Shown here piece after piece: positions 1-8,818 of a stretch of 46,624 nt of DNA. The position numbers were made by a program, and so were the translations under genes. The stretch spans positions 1 through 46,624 of the forward strand of contig JACQTM010000354.1 of the NCBI GenBank assembly GCA_016210825.1, given 5' to 3'. The stretch's first letter is position 1, and each line of letters starts with the position of its first letter. Source of the stretch: Hyphomicrobiales bacterium. Lineage in GTDB: Bacteria > Pseudomonadota > Alphaproteobacteria > Rhizobiales > Xanthobacteraceae. Under the pieces are notes generated by a model, which saw only the letters and a list, made by a program, of their open reading frames with translations, was not told where the DNA came from and ran no database searches.

Positions 1-2
1 CC

Positions 3-1316
3 TTAAGCGGCATCGCGCGTGCCGGCGCGCTTTTGCTCGATCATCTGAAAATAACTTTCGAGCCGGTTCTTGATGTTGGCCGCGGAGAAATAGCGCGGAT
101 CGACGAGGTCGGATTCCACGAACGCCGCCGGCTTGCCCGTGCGCTTTTCCACTTCGCGCATGATGAGCAATTGGCCGGCCGAGAAGCTGTTGCAGCTCTT
201 GATCGAATTAATCAGCAGTCCGTCCGCTTGATACTCGTTGATGTAATTCGTCAGCATCTCGATGCGCATCGGCAGATTGCGGTTGGTGTAGACGCCGAGG
301 CAATATTCGGCGAGCGTCTCTAGCGGTTTACTCGGATCGTGACGGAAGCCAAAATCGTAGACGCCGCCGACTTTGGTGTAGCTTGATGCGACGACCACTG
401 CACCTTCGTCGTAGAACATTTTCCAGAACTGGCGAAAGTTCGTATAGTTGGGTGGCCCCTCGACAACGAGGCGATATTTTTCCTTGCCCATGTCGCCGTC
501 CGGCGTCACCGGGCCTTGACCCTTGGCGAGGCGATCTTCCACTTCGGCGAGCAAGAAGTTGTAATACTCGATGGCGTCGTCGGTGCCGCGGAAAGCGCCG
601 AAGATCGGCCCGATGTAATAGATGCCGCCGAAATAGGCGTCGATCGGCGATGGCTTGTTCTTCGCCGTCTGCAGCACGCGGACGAGATTGTCCTCGGCCT
701 TGGCCGATTTCTTCAGATATTCACGCAACCGGTCGATGTCGAACTTTACACCGGAGATACGCTCGAGTTTCGGAATCACCTCTTCCTTGAGTTGCTTGAC
801 CATGTACTCGATCATGTTCGGCGTGATCTTGCCGTCGCCCATGTAGGGCGTGTGCAGCATGATGGTCTCGCACTTGTATTGTTCGCGCAGTAGCTCAAAC
901 CATTTCATGAAGGTGAAGCAGCCGGTATAGGAGAGCAACAGCACGTCAGGATCGGGCATGCGCTTGCCGTTCGGCCCGATATTGCCTTTCGCCATCATGC
1001 CGATGTCGGACTTAACGTAGGTGCAGACGTCCTCGGAATGGCCGATCTTTTCCGCTTCGAGAACGTAGGCGCCGGATTGGCGGCGCAGCCCGCTCTGGAT
1101 GGCGTTGACCTCGGGCAAGTTGTTGGCGAGGTCGAAGCACATAATGAGTTCGTTGAGATTGCCGGGAACGAAGGTGTTGCACACCTTCTCGCCGGTCTTC
1201 GGCGCGTTGGTCAGCCGGTCGTAATGCGCCGCCATCATTTCCTTCTGCTTCACCATGGAAGCGTCTTTTTCAATTTCCTTGGCGGCCACTTTGGGTGTGA
1301 CGATGACTGTCGTCAT
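3..1316 (-). CDS. bcrB: Benzoyl-CoA reductase (class I, ATP-dependent) subunit B, BcrB/BadE type
   Basis: Track ORF 3..1478 starts at a TTG; I trimmed it to the first ATG at 1316 (437 aa, MTTVIVTPKV...). The sequence looks like the BcrB/BadE/HgdB family. A 4-nt ATGA stop/start overlap with bcrC lies at 1313-1316. It lies downstream of dch/oah/had. Stop is TAA at 3-5. bcrA/bcrD should lie past the left edge. Confidence 0.85.
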   Translation of the reverse strand: MTTVIVTPKVAAKEIEKDASMVKQKEMMAAHYDRLTNAPKTGEKVCNTFVPGNLNELIMCFDLANNLPEVNAIQSGLRRQSGAYVLEAEKIGHSEDVCTYVKSDIGMMAKGNIGPNGKRMPDPDVLLLSYTGCFTFMKWFELLREQYKCETIMLHTPYMGDGKITPNMIEYMVKQLKEEVIPKLERISGVKFDIDRLREYLKKSAKAEDNLVRVLQTAKNKPSPIDAYFGGIYYIGPIFGAFRGTDDAIEYYNFLLAEVEDRLAKGQGPVTPDGDMGKEKYRLVVEGPPNYTNFRQFWKMFYDEGAVVVASSYTKVGGVYDFGFRHDPSKPLETLAEYCLGVYTNRNLPMRIEMLTNYINEYQADGLLINSIKSCNSFSAGQLLIMREVEKRTGKPAAFVESDLVDPRYFSAANIKNRLESYFQMIEQKRAGTRDAA

Positions 1317-2482
1317 GTTCCGCTCCACAGTTTGATGGAATCCGCAAAAGTGCCGGCCTGCTCGCGGATCGGCTGCATCTGGCCGGAATTTTCGGCGTAC
1401 TTGAAGGCAATGTAGGGGATGCCGGCATCTTTCAGAACATGTTGAAGGATCGGCCGGTCGAGGAGCGCGGGGTCGCAAAAGCTCGGGCAGGCGAAGATGA
1501 CACCCTCGGCGCCGGTGCGCTTGACCGCGCGCACAAGATGCTGGCCCTTTTCCTTCTGGTCCGGCTCGTATTTCGCCGCCGTCGATTCGGAATGATGCAG
1601 AAAGGCGAGCGCCAAATTCTTCATTGGGTCGCCATCGACTGGCACTTCGGCGGTGAGCCAGCGCGTTACCAGCAGGAGATCGTCATCCACCACATAGCAG
1701 CCGGCGAGTTCCAGCGACTTGATGAGGTTGAGCGGCGGCTGCTCGCAAAAGACACCGGTGAGCACGACGCGGCAGTTGTCGCGCTTGGGCCGTTCCTCGG
1801 CGCGCGCAGCGGCAAGATAATCGCGTAGCATCTCGGTGTGCTGCTCGACCGGAAGCACAAAACCGGCGCGGAGAAGGAGATAGACTTCCGCCGCCGGCGC
1901 CTGCCAGGGCTTCTCAGCCCGGAAGGCGTAAAGCTCGCGCACTAGGCGGCGGTTCTCGTTGTAGAGCTTGATCGAATTGCGCAGTTCGTCGTCGGTAATC
2001 GGCTTACCGCGCAACTTGCCGAGATCCTCGCGCAGTTCGGCTAGCTCGTTAATGTAGTAATTGCCGCCGATGTCGTCGCGGTAGTTCTGCGGCACATCGA
2101 AATAGCGCGAATAGACGCCGGGAAACATCAGCTTCCACATTCCGGAGAGGTTGCGGATCACGTCGCAGATCGACGGGAAGAGCATGCCCTCGACAAAATC
2201 TAGCCGGCCCGACACGCCAAGCTCGATGGTCGAGCGCGGGATGCGGCAAATGTAGCTCTGGTAATAGGCGTCGCCGTGGATGACTTCGAGTTGGTCGCCG
2301 CCGCCGACGATGCCAAGCGGCAGCATGTCCGCGGCGTGGATGATTTCGCGCGGCACATAGATCGGCATGAACCCCACAACCTTGCGGCCGGACTTGGCCG
2401 CCTTCCATTCGCGGGCGGCGCTGAAATTCAGATCGTCGAAGAGTTGTGTTGCGCGGGCAACGATGTCGGCTGTGGTGGGCAT
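1313..2482 (-). CDS. bcrC: Benzoyl-CoA reductase subunit C, BcrC/BadD type
   Basis: 389 aa from ATG 2482 (MPTTADIV...), which is 2 nt after the dch stop; an alternative ATG lies at 2500. It looks like the HgdB/BcrC family and its size fits BcrC. It is translationally coupled to bcrB. Confidence 0.8.
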   Translation of the reverse strand: MPTTADIVARATQLFDDLNFSAAREWKAAKSGRKVVGFMPIYVPREIIHAADMLPLGIVGGGDQLEVIHGDAYYQSYICRIPRSTIELGVSGRLDFVEGMLFPSICDVIRNLSGMWKLMFPGVYSRYFDVPQNYRDDIGGNYYINELAELREDLGKLRGKPITDDELRNSIKLYNENRRLVRELYAFRAEKPWQAPAAEVYLLLRAGFVLPVEQHTEMLRDYLAAARAEERPKRDNCRVVLTGVFCEQPPLNLIKSLELAGCYVVDDDLLLVTRWLTAEVPVDGDPMKNLALAFLHHSESTAAKYEPDQKEKGQHLVRAVKRTGAEGVIFACPSFCDPALLDRPILQHVLKDAGIPYIAFKYAENSGQMQPIREQAGTFADSIKLWSGT

Positions 2483-2484
2483 GG

Positions 2485-3252
2485 TCAGCGGTGCTCCCAT
2501 TTTGCCGGTCGTTTGGCGATGAAGGCTTCAAGCCCTTCCACCGCGTCGTGCGTGGCCATCAATTCGTTGAGATAAAGCCGCTCCACGCTGGCGATCTTCG
2601 CCTTTACGCGGGCGACGTAATCGCCGCGCGCGGCGTGCACCGCGTGGCGCAGCGAGCTCGCGCTCTTCGGCTTGAGATGCTCGTCGAAGTAGGCAAGCGC
2701 CGCGCGCTCGGGATCGGGTGTTGCTTCCTTGGCGATGCCGAGCGTTGTGGCCTCCTGGCCGTTGATGCTGCGGCCGGAGATCAGCAGATCAAAAGCGCGC
2801 ATCGGCCCGATCAACTCCGGCAACAGGCAGGAGGCGGCCGGCGCGAAGACGCCGAGTTTCATTTCCGGCTGGCCGAGGGTGGCGTCGGGGGCGACAAACA
2901 TCAGATGCCCGGCGAGAGCGACTTCGAGGCCGCCACCGAGGCATTGGCCGCGCGCCGCGACCAGGATTGCCACCGGCGACTCGACCATGCGCAGCATTAG
3001 GCGATGCAGACCCGCAATCATGACCGCACATTGATCAGGCAAGTGCTCCTCGACGCTGGCGCCGAAGGAGAAGTGCGGCCCCTCCGCATCGAGCAGCACG
3101 GCGCCGAGATGGGCGTTGCTGAGATGCTCGGCAAGCGCGCGGTCGAGCGCCGCAATCATTCCGGCATCGATCAGGTTCGCCTTCGGCTTGCTCAACCGCA
3201 GCCGTAGCAGGCGGCCTTCCGCCTCGATCCAGACCTTGAGCGGGGAGGTCAT
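2485..3252 (-). CDS. dch: Crotonase-family hydratase, probably cyclohexa-1,5-diene-1-carbonyl-CoA hydratase
   Basis: 255 aa from ATG 3252; the track ORF is extended to a GTG at 3300. Enoyl-CoA hydratase fold (FSFGASVEEH, GGGLEVALAGH). ATGA overlap with the oah stop at 3249-3252. The substrate is inferred from its position between oah and bcrC. Confidence 0.7.
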   Translation of the reverse strand: MTSPLKVWIEAEGRLLRLRLSKPKANLIDAGMIAALDRALAEHLSNAHLGAVLLDAEGPHFSFGASVEEHLPDQCAVMIAGLHRLMLRMVESPVAILVAARGQCLGGGLEVALAGHLMFVAPDATLGQPEMKLGVFAPAASCLLPELIGPMRAFDLLISGRSINGQEATTLGIAKEATPDPERAALAYFDEHLKPKSASSLRHAVHAARGDYVARVKAKIASVERLYLNELMATHDAVEGLEAFIAKRPAKWEHR

Positions 3253-4394
3253 GGCTTTTTCGCCCGCGGCTGGATGCTGTCGGTGAGCGCGTCGCTCCAC
3301 GGCGTATTATCGGCCAACGCGCGCCGCAGCGCGATGAAGTCGACTTCGCGCCCGGTTTCCCTGGTGCCTTCATTGAAGGCGCGGAACCCCGCGCGCGCTT
3401 CGGTCATCATGTTGAGCGCGAGCCAGGCGCGTGAATTTTCCTTGTTGCGATTCCAGGCATCAAGCTTCGGCTTGCGCAGTTCCTCGACGGTCTTGGTGGT
3501 GCAATCGGGGAAGGTGTAGAGCAGCTTGGTGCACAGCGACTCGACCTTCTCGTCGAGCGCGGACAAATCGACGCTCCCGCGCTTGATCAAATCCTGGCCC
3601 GCCTTCAGCGCGTCGCCTGTCTTCGGCTTCCCAAAAACCAATCGGCCGAATTCGTCGGTGACACGGCTTATCTCCACCAGCGGATTGGCGACGAATTTTC
3701 CGTCGATCTTGAGCGCCGGGGCGATGTCGGTGATCATGCCGGTGAAATACGCCTCGTGTGCGGAGAATGGCTCGCACAGTACGCACGCTGCCATGGCACG
3801 TTCGGCTCCGATGGCGACGGGAAGGAAGTCGGTTGCGCCGCCGATCGGAGCCGATCCGTGCTTCGGCCCAGCCTGGCCGAAACGGGCAAGGTCCTGCGCG
3901 AGGGAGAAATCGCAGGCCATGCCGATTTCCTGCCCGCCGCCGATGCGCATGCCGTTGACACGGCAAACGACCGGCTTGTCGCAGGCGAGGATGGTTGAGA
4001 CCATGTCGTTGAAGAGCCGCATGTATCCGCGATATTCCTGCGGATTGCCGGCGTAATATTCGGCATATTCCTTGGTGTTGCCGCCAGTGCAGAACGCCTT
4101 GTCGCCGGATCCGGTGAAAACGACGGCGACGACATCGCGCGCGGCGCTCGCCGCGCGGAAGGCGAGAATGATCGCCTTCACCATGTCGGTGGTGTAGGAA
4201 TTAAACTGCGAGGGATTGTCGAGGATGATCCATGCATTGTAGAGGCCGGCGATCGGCTTGCCATCCTCGCCCTTGACCGGCCGTTTCTGGTAAACGACGC
4301 CTTTGCTGATGCTTTCGCGCGCTGCGTCGGCGACGAGATTGTGATCCTTCGCCTCGATCTGGCGGCGGGACGCATGAACGGCGGTGACGGACAT
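3249..4394 (-). CDS. oah: 6-oxocyclohex-1-ene-1-carbonyl-CoA hydrolase (ring-cleaving, BamA/Oah type)
   Basis: 381 aa from ATG 4394; the track ORF 3249..4721 carries a 109-aa Arg-rich false extension. It is a long crotonase-superfamily protein (FCTGGNTKEYAEYY, RIGGGQEIGMACDF) with the C-terminal extension typical of Oah. GGAG lies upstream of the ATG. Confidence 0.8.
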   Translation of the reverse strand: MSVTAVHASRRQIEAKDHNLVADAARESISKGVVYQKRPVKGEDGKPIAGLYNAWIILDNPSQFNSYTTDMVKAIILAFRAASAARDVVAVVFTGSGDKAFCTGGNTKEYAEYYAGNPQEYRGYMRLFNDMVSTILACDKPVVCRVNGMRIGGGQEIGMACDFSLAQDLARFGQAGPKHGSAPIGGATDFLPVAIGAERAMAACVLCEPFSAHEAYFTGMITDIAPALKIDGKFVANPLVEISRVTDEFGRLVFGKPKTGDALKAGQDLIKRGSVDLSALDEKVESLCTKLLYTFPDCTTKTVEELRKPKLDAWNRNKENSRAWLALNMMTEARAGFRAFNEGTRETGREVDFIALRRALADNTPWSDALTDSIQPRAKKP

Positions 4395-4405
4395 GGCGCG
4401 GCTCC

Positions 4406-5479
4406 TCAGGCGCTCGGGACAAGGACGGCGCGGCGTTTGATCTCGCCGTGATGTACTGCCTCGAAGATGCGATTTATTTCGCTCAACGGATGTTGCTCGA
4501 CGAAGGGTGTGACCTTCACACGGCCTTGCAGAACGAGATCGAGGGCCGCCGGATAGAGCTCCGGTGGGCAGCCCCAATTTCCGAGCGCGCGCGCGTGATA
4601 TGCCATCAGGTTGGATAACCGCACCTCGACCTTGTCCATTGTGAAGCCGACGATGCAAAGCGTCGCGCCATGATTGATAAGGCTGAAGGCTGTTTCCTGT
4701 CCGGCCTTGGTGCCCGAGCATTCAAAGATGATCCACTCCGTCTGCCGCAGTCCGTGCTCCTTGGCGAAAGTCTGGATTGCCGCTTTTAGGTCGCGGGGCT
4801 GAATTTCGCGCGCGTTGAGCGTGAGTGCCGCGGTCTCGCCGGCGAGCGCCGCGAGTTTTTCCGCACTAACATCGATCGCGACGACGGTACCGCCGAAGGC
4901 TTTGGCGATCTGCGCGCAATAGCCGCCGACGCCGCCGACGCCATTGACGACGACAAGATCACCTTCGTGCACGCCTGATTGCAGCACGGCCTGGTAGGGC
5001 GTCGTGACCGCATCGGCGATGACGGAAACATCGGCGAGGCTGATGCCGGCGGCTTTCAGTTTCGCTTCGTCGATCGGGCACAGACCGGTCGCCGGCACGA
5101 CGATATGGCTGGCAAAGCCGCCATGAATGTCATTGCCCGGCATTTTCTGATTGGGGCAGATCGTCGCTTTGCCGCGACGGCAAGCATCGCATTTTCCGCA
5201 TGGGATAACGGCAGGAACAATGACTGTCCTGCCCATCCAATTTTCCGCACCGGCGCCGGCCGCCACGACGTGACCGCTGATTTCGTGACCGAGGCAAAGC
5301 GGCAAGGCGTGTTTAGTGCGCACGCCATCGTAGAAATATCCGAGATCCGTGTGGCAGACGCCGCAGCCGGCGACCTTGACGACGACTTCGCCGGGAGGCG
5401 GGGGGAATGGATCGAAGCCAACCGCGACCAGGGGTTCGCCCTTACCGCGCATGACCCACCGAAAGGCCTGCTCGCTCAT
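4406..5479 (-). CDS. had: 6-hydroxycyclohex-1-ene-1-carbonyl-CoA dehydrogenase (Zn-dependent MDR family)
   Basis: 357 aa from ATG 5479 ([12 protein letters not shown]...). Zn-ADH motifs are present: [15 protein letters not shown], structural-Zn [15 protein letters not shown] and the NAD site GVGGVGG. It is the first gene of the had-oah-dch-bcrCB string. Confidence 0.75.
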   Translation of the reverse strand: MSEQAFRWVMRGKGEPLVAVGFDPFPPPPGEVVVKVAGCGVCHTDLGYFYDGVRTKHALPLCLGHEISGHVVAAGAGAENWMGRTVIVPAVIPCGKCDACRRGKATICPNQKMPGNDIHGGFASHIVVPATGLCPIDEAKLKAAGISLADVSVIADAVTTPYQAVLQSGVHEGDLVVVNGVGGVGGYCAQIAKAFGGTVVAIDVSAEKLAALAGETAALTLNAREIQPRDLKAAIQTFAKEHGLRQTEWIIFECSGTKAGQETAFSLINHGATLCIVGFTMDKVEVRLSNLMAYHARALGNWGCPPELYPAALDLVLQGRVKVTPFVEQHPLSEINRIFEAVHHGEIKRRAVLVPSA

Positions 5480-5602
5480 TACTTTTGCTCTCCCCAGTAG
5501 GTGCGGTTGTTTCGAACCGCCCAATTCCGGCGGCGAGGGCTTTCTGGCTGAACCCTGTTTCCGCTTGAAGAGCACAAATAGCGTAATTCCGTACTTCAAT
5601 AC

Positions 5603-5616
5603 TTGATTTATATCAA
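5603..5616. promoter_or_regulatory. Perfect FNR/FixK-type box TTGATttatATCAA in the had / korA divergent intergenic region
   Basis: Read directly: TTGAT 5603-5607, N4, ATCAA 5612-5616. The centre is 82 bp upstream of the korA ATG (5692) and 130 bp upstream of the had ATG (5479). Confidence 0.6.
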
Positions 5617-5691
5617 CTTGGATTCCCGCATTTTCAGCCAGACTTGCTGCTGTCGGGACATGCATCCGATCCGATAGCGGTGAGGCAAGTC

Positions 5692-7422
5692 ATGGGCGGA
5701 CGAACAAGCATTTCCGTTGCAATCGTCGGCAGCGGTGGCGCCGGCACATTGACCGCCGGCGGCTTGTTGCTCGAAGCGGCGAACGCGGCAGGATGGTACG
5801 GGATTTTGACCCGCAGCGTCGGGCCGCAGATCAGGGGCGGCGAGGCAGCGGCGTTACTGCGCATCGCCACCGAGCCGGTGGATTGTATCGCCGATCGTTA
5901 CGATCTTCTGGTCGCGATTGATTGGCTCAACGCTCACCGTTTTGACGCCGAGATTACGCTCGCGCCCACTACGCTCGTGATTGGCGATCCGCGTGGCGGC
6001 GACGCGCCGCCGAGCGTTACCGCGGCGATGGCCGCGGGCGCGCGGCTGATCGATATTCCGATGAAGGAAATGGCCAAGGCGATGCCGAACGGCCGCGCCA
6101 ACATGATCGCGCTCGGCGTCACGGCGAAGCTGCTTGGCATCGACAGGAACGTGTTGTCGGACCTGCTGCGCGCGCGCTTCGGCGCGAAAGGCAAGGCGGC
6201 GGTGGAAGCCAATCGGATTGCCGTCGATGCGGGCTATGGCGCCGCCGCGCAGATCGATCTGGGTGCTCGTCTTGATAAGCCCAAGAAAAGCACGAGCAAG
6301 CGCTGGCTCATATCCGGGAACGAGGCGACAGCGCTCGGCGCCGTGCGCGGCGGCATTCGCTTCGCGGCGGCTTACCCGATAACGCCGGCGACCGAAATTC
6401 TCGAATGGCTCGCGCCCAACCTGCAACAGCTCGGCGGTACATTGTTGCAGGCCGAGGACGAGCTGGCCTCCATCAATATGATCATCGGCGCGTCCTTCGG
6501 CGGCGTACCCGCACTGACGGCGACGTCGGGTCCGGGGTTGTCGCTGATGATCGAGGCGCTGGGCCTTGCCACTGCGGCGGAAATTCCCATCGTTGTAATC
6601 GACGTGATGCGCGGCGGCCCGTCGACCGGCATCCCAACAAAATCCGAGCAGGCCGATCTCAACGTCGCCATCCATGGATTGCACGGCGATGCGCCGCATC
6701 TCGTGCTCGCACCGCAATCGGTCGCTGATTGTCTGTTCACGACGCAATGGACGGTGTTCCTTGCGGAGGCACTACAGGTGCCGGCTATCGTGCTTTCGGA
6801 TCAATTCATGGGGCAGGCGCGTGTCGCCATAGAACGGCCGGCGGACGTGGCTTTCATTGGACGGCGACTGACGGCAACTGAAATTGCCGCGCCTTACAAG
6901 CGCTACGCGCTTGGAGGCGCCAGCGTGTCGCCAATAGCTATCCCCGGCACGCTCGGCGGCCAATATACCGCCGAAGGCCTGACGCATACCGAACGCGGCG
7001 TGCCGACCAGCGGCGCCGCTGACCATCGCGCGCAACTCGACAAACGCCGCGACAAGCTTGACCGTTTTGATTACGGCAACCATTGGGCGACGATCGAGGG
7101 CGATGGCGAAATCGCCGTCGTCGTTTGGGGATCGCTCACCGGCGCGGCGCGCGAGGCGGTTACGCAGGCGCACGCCGATGGCGCGAACGTAAAGCTCGTC
7201 GCACCGCGGCTGCTTTGGCCGGTGCGACCCGAGCAATTCGCCGCAGCACTCAAGGGTGTCAAACGGGTGCTCGTCGTCGAACAAACCCACAGTGCGCAAT
7301 TTCATCGCTATCTGCGCGCGCATTATGACTTACCAAAAGATGTACACGTGCTGCACCGGCCTGGACCATTGACAATCGGGCCGGCTGAGATTCACCGCGC
7401 GATCATGGATTGGAGCTCCTGA
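5692..7422 (+). CDS. korA: 2-oxoacid:ferredoxin oxidoreductase alpha subunit (fused gamma+alpha domains), KorA-like
   Basis: 576 aa from ATG 5692 (MGGRTSISVAIVGSGGAGT...). An N-terminal gamma-type domain is followed by the alpha domain (ISGNEA..LGA..GG..F.AAYPITPATEI). The two-subunit organisation resembles Thauera KorAB, which re-reduces ferredoxin for Bcr. Confidence 0.75.
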   Translation: MGGRTSISVAIVGSGGAGTLTAGGLLLEAANAAGWYGILTRSVGPQIRGGEAAALLRIATEPVDCIADRYDLLVAIDWLNAHRFDAEITLAPTTLVIGDPRGGDAPPSVTAAMAAGARLIDIPMKEMAKAMPNGRANMIALGVTAKLLGIDRNVLSDLLRARFGAKGKAAVEANRIAVDAGYGAAAQIDLGARLDKPKKSTSKRWLISGNEATALGAVRGGIRFAAAYPITPATEILEWLAPNLQQLGGTLLQAEDELASINMIIGASFGGVPALTATSGPGLSLMIEALGLATAAEIPIVVIDVMRGGPSTGIPTKSEQADLNVAIHGLHGDAPHLVLAPQSVADCLFTTQWTVFLAEALQVPAIVLSDQFMGQARVAIERPADVAFIGRRLTATEIAAPYKRYALGGASVSPIAIPGTLGGQYTAEGLTHTERGVPTSGAADHRAQLDKRRDKLDRFDYGNHWATIEGDGEIAVVVWGSLTGAAREAVTQAHADGANVKLVAPRLLWPVRPEQFAAALKGVKRVLVVEQTHSAQFHRYLRAHYDLPKDVHVLHRPGPLTIGPAEIHRAIMDWSS

Positions 7423-7424
7423 CA

Positions 7425-8258
7425 ATGACCGCCGAAGTCCGCCCGCTTTGCAAACCCGCCGAATATAAATCCGACATCAAGCCGGTCTGGTGCCCGGGCT
7501 GTGGCGATTATCACGTCTTGATGTCATTCACGCGAGCCTTTGCCGAGCTTGGTCTGCCGCCGGAACAGATTGCGGTTATTTCCGGGATCGGATGCTCCTC
7601 ACGCATCCCCGCTTATACGAGCTGCTACGGTTTTCACGGTGTGCACGGACGCTCATTGGCGTTGGCGGCCGGTCTGAAAGTCGCCCGCTCCGACCTGACA
7701 GTGGTGGTGGCGAGCGGTGATGGTGACGGCTACTCGATCGGTGGCAATCATTTTATTCATGCCTGTCGGCGCAACATCGACATGACCTATGTGGTTATGG
7801 ACAACCATATCTACGGCATGACCAAGGGCCAGCCGTCGCCGACGACCGAGCCGGAATTCGACACCGCGCTGTCGCCCGGGGGCACCGGCTTGCGGCCGTT
7901 TCATCCACTCGTCATCGCGCTTGCATCCGGCGCCAATTTCGTCGCCCGCGCTTTTTCCGGAAATCCAAACGAGACCGCGAGCATCATTGTCGAAGCGATT
8001 CGTCATCCCGGGTTTTCGTTCATCGAAATCCTCAGTCCATGTGTCACCTTCCGGCCCGACGAGAAGGCGTGGAAGGACCTCGTGCATCCGGCGCCGGTAG
8101 AGGCGACCAACGATCCGGGAAAGGCGTCACGGCGCATCATGACCGATGACGGTTTCAACATCGGCATTCTCTATCGCGGCGACCGCAGGCCGTATCAACT
8201 CCACATGGGGCAGGCTTCGGCCGAACTCGCCGAACTGGAGAGGGAGTTCGAGACATGA
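7425..8258 (+). CDS. korB: 2-oxoacid:ferredoxin oxidoreductase beta subunit (TPP/FeS), KorB-like
   Basis: 277 aa from ATG 7425, which is 2 nt after the korA stop, with GGAG 9 nt upstream; the track start at 7410 is a TTG. Beta-subunit motifs are present: WCPGCGD, GIGCSSR and the TPP-binding GDGDGYSIGGNH. Confidence 0.8.
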   Translation: MTAEVRPLCKPAEYKSDIKPVWCPGCGDYHVLMSFTRAFAELGLPPEQIAVISGIGCSSRIPAYTSCYGFHGVHGRSLALAAGLKVARSDLTVVVASGDGDGYSIGGNHFIHACRRNIDMTYVVMDNHIYGMTKGQPSPTTEPEFDTALSPGGTGLRPFHPLVIALASGANFVARAFSGNPNETASIIVEAIRHPGFSFIEILSPCVTFRPDEKAWKDLVHPAPVEATNDPGKASRRIMTDDGFNIGILYRGDRRPYQLHMGQASAELAELEREFET

Positions 8259-8782
8259 CGGTCGCGGACGGGCCGAAGATCGCAAGCCTCGCCGATCTTT
8301 TCGCCATCGCCTATCAGATCGAAGCCGACGCGGTGGAGCGTTACACATTGCTCGCCGAGCAGATGCAGACGCACAACAATCCCGATCTGGTGAAAGTCTT
8401 CCGCGATCTTGCCCGTGCCGAAGGCATTCACGCCGAGGAAATCCGCCGGCAGGCCGGCGATATCGATGTTGTCGTCCACGCACGCAAAATGGCGAAATGG
8501 AAGAAGGGCGAAAGTCCCGAGGAAGCCGATCTCGGCGCGGCGCATTATCTGATGACTCCTTGGCACGCGCTGCGATTGGCATTGACTAGCGAGGAGCAGG
8601 CACTCGCCTTCTTCGCTCATGTGGTCGAAACGACGAAGGACGTGAAGGTCAAGGATATGGCCAAAGAGTTCGTCGAGGAGGAGGCCGAGCACGTCAATCT
8701 CGTCCACCGGCTGCTGAAGAAATATCCGCGGCCGCCGGAATCTTGGTCGCAGGATTCCGATCTTGCAATCCCACAAGAATAG
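8255..8782 (+). CDS. Ferritin-like / rubrerythrin-type di-iron four-helix-bundle protein
   Basis: 175 aa. Two ExxH motifs (AEGIH, EAEH) plus paired Glu in the helices (IEADAVERY, SEEQALAFF). ATGA overlap with the korB stop at 8255-8258. Confidence 0.6.
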   Translation: MTVADGPKIASLADLFAIAYQIEADAVERYTLLAEQMQTHNNPDLVKVFRDLARAEGIHAEEIRRQAGDIDVVVHARKMAKWKKGESPEEADLGAAHYLMTPWHALRLALTSEEQALAFFAHVVETTKDVKVKDMAKEFVEEEAEHVNLVHRLLKKYPRPPESWSQDSDLAIPQE

Positions 8783-8818
8783 CGGCGTTCGATAACGGCG
8801 CAGTTACTGCCGATACCG

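Noticed and set aside
3249-4721. N-terminal extensions in the track ORFs: 3249..4721, 4406..5665, 16643..18037, 29801..30928, 10240..11988, 3..1478 and 22620..23915
   Set aside because: The track extends each ORF to the farthest ATG, GTG or TTG. The extensions overlap upstream genes, are Arg-rich and precede an internal ATG. That ATG has an SD or a stop/start overlap and marks where family similarity begins.
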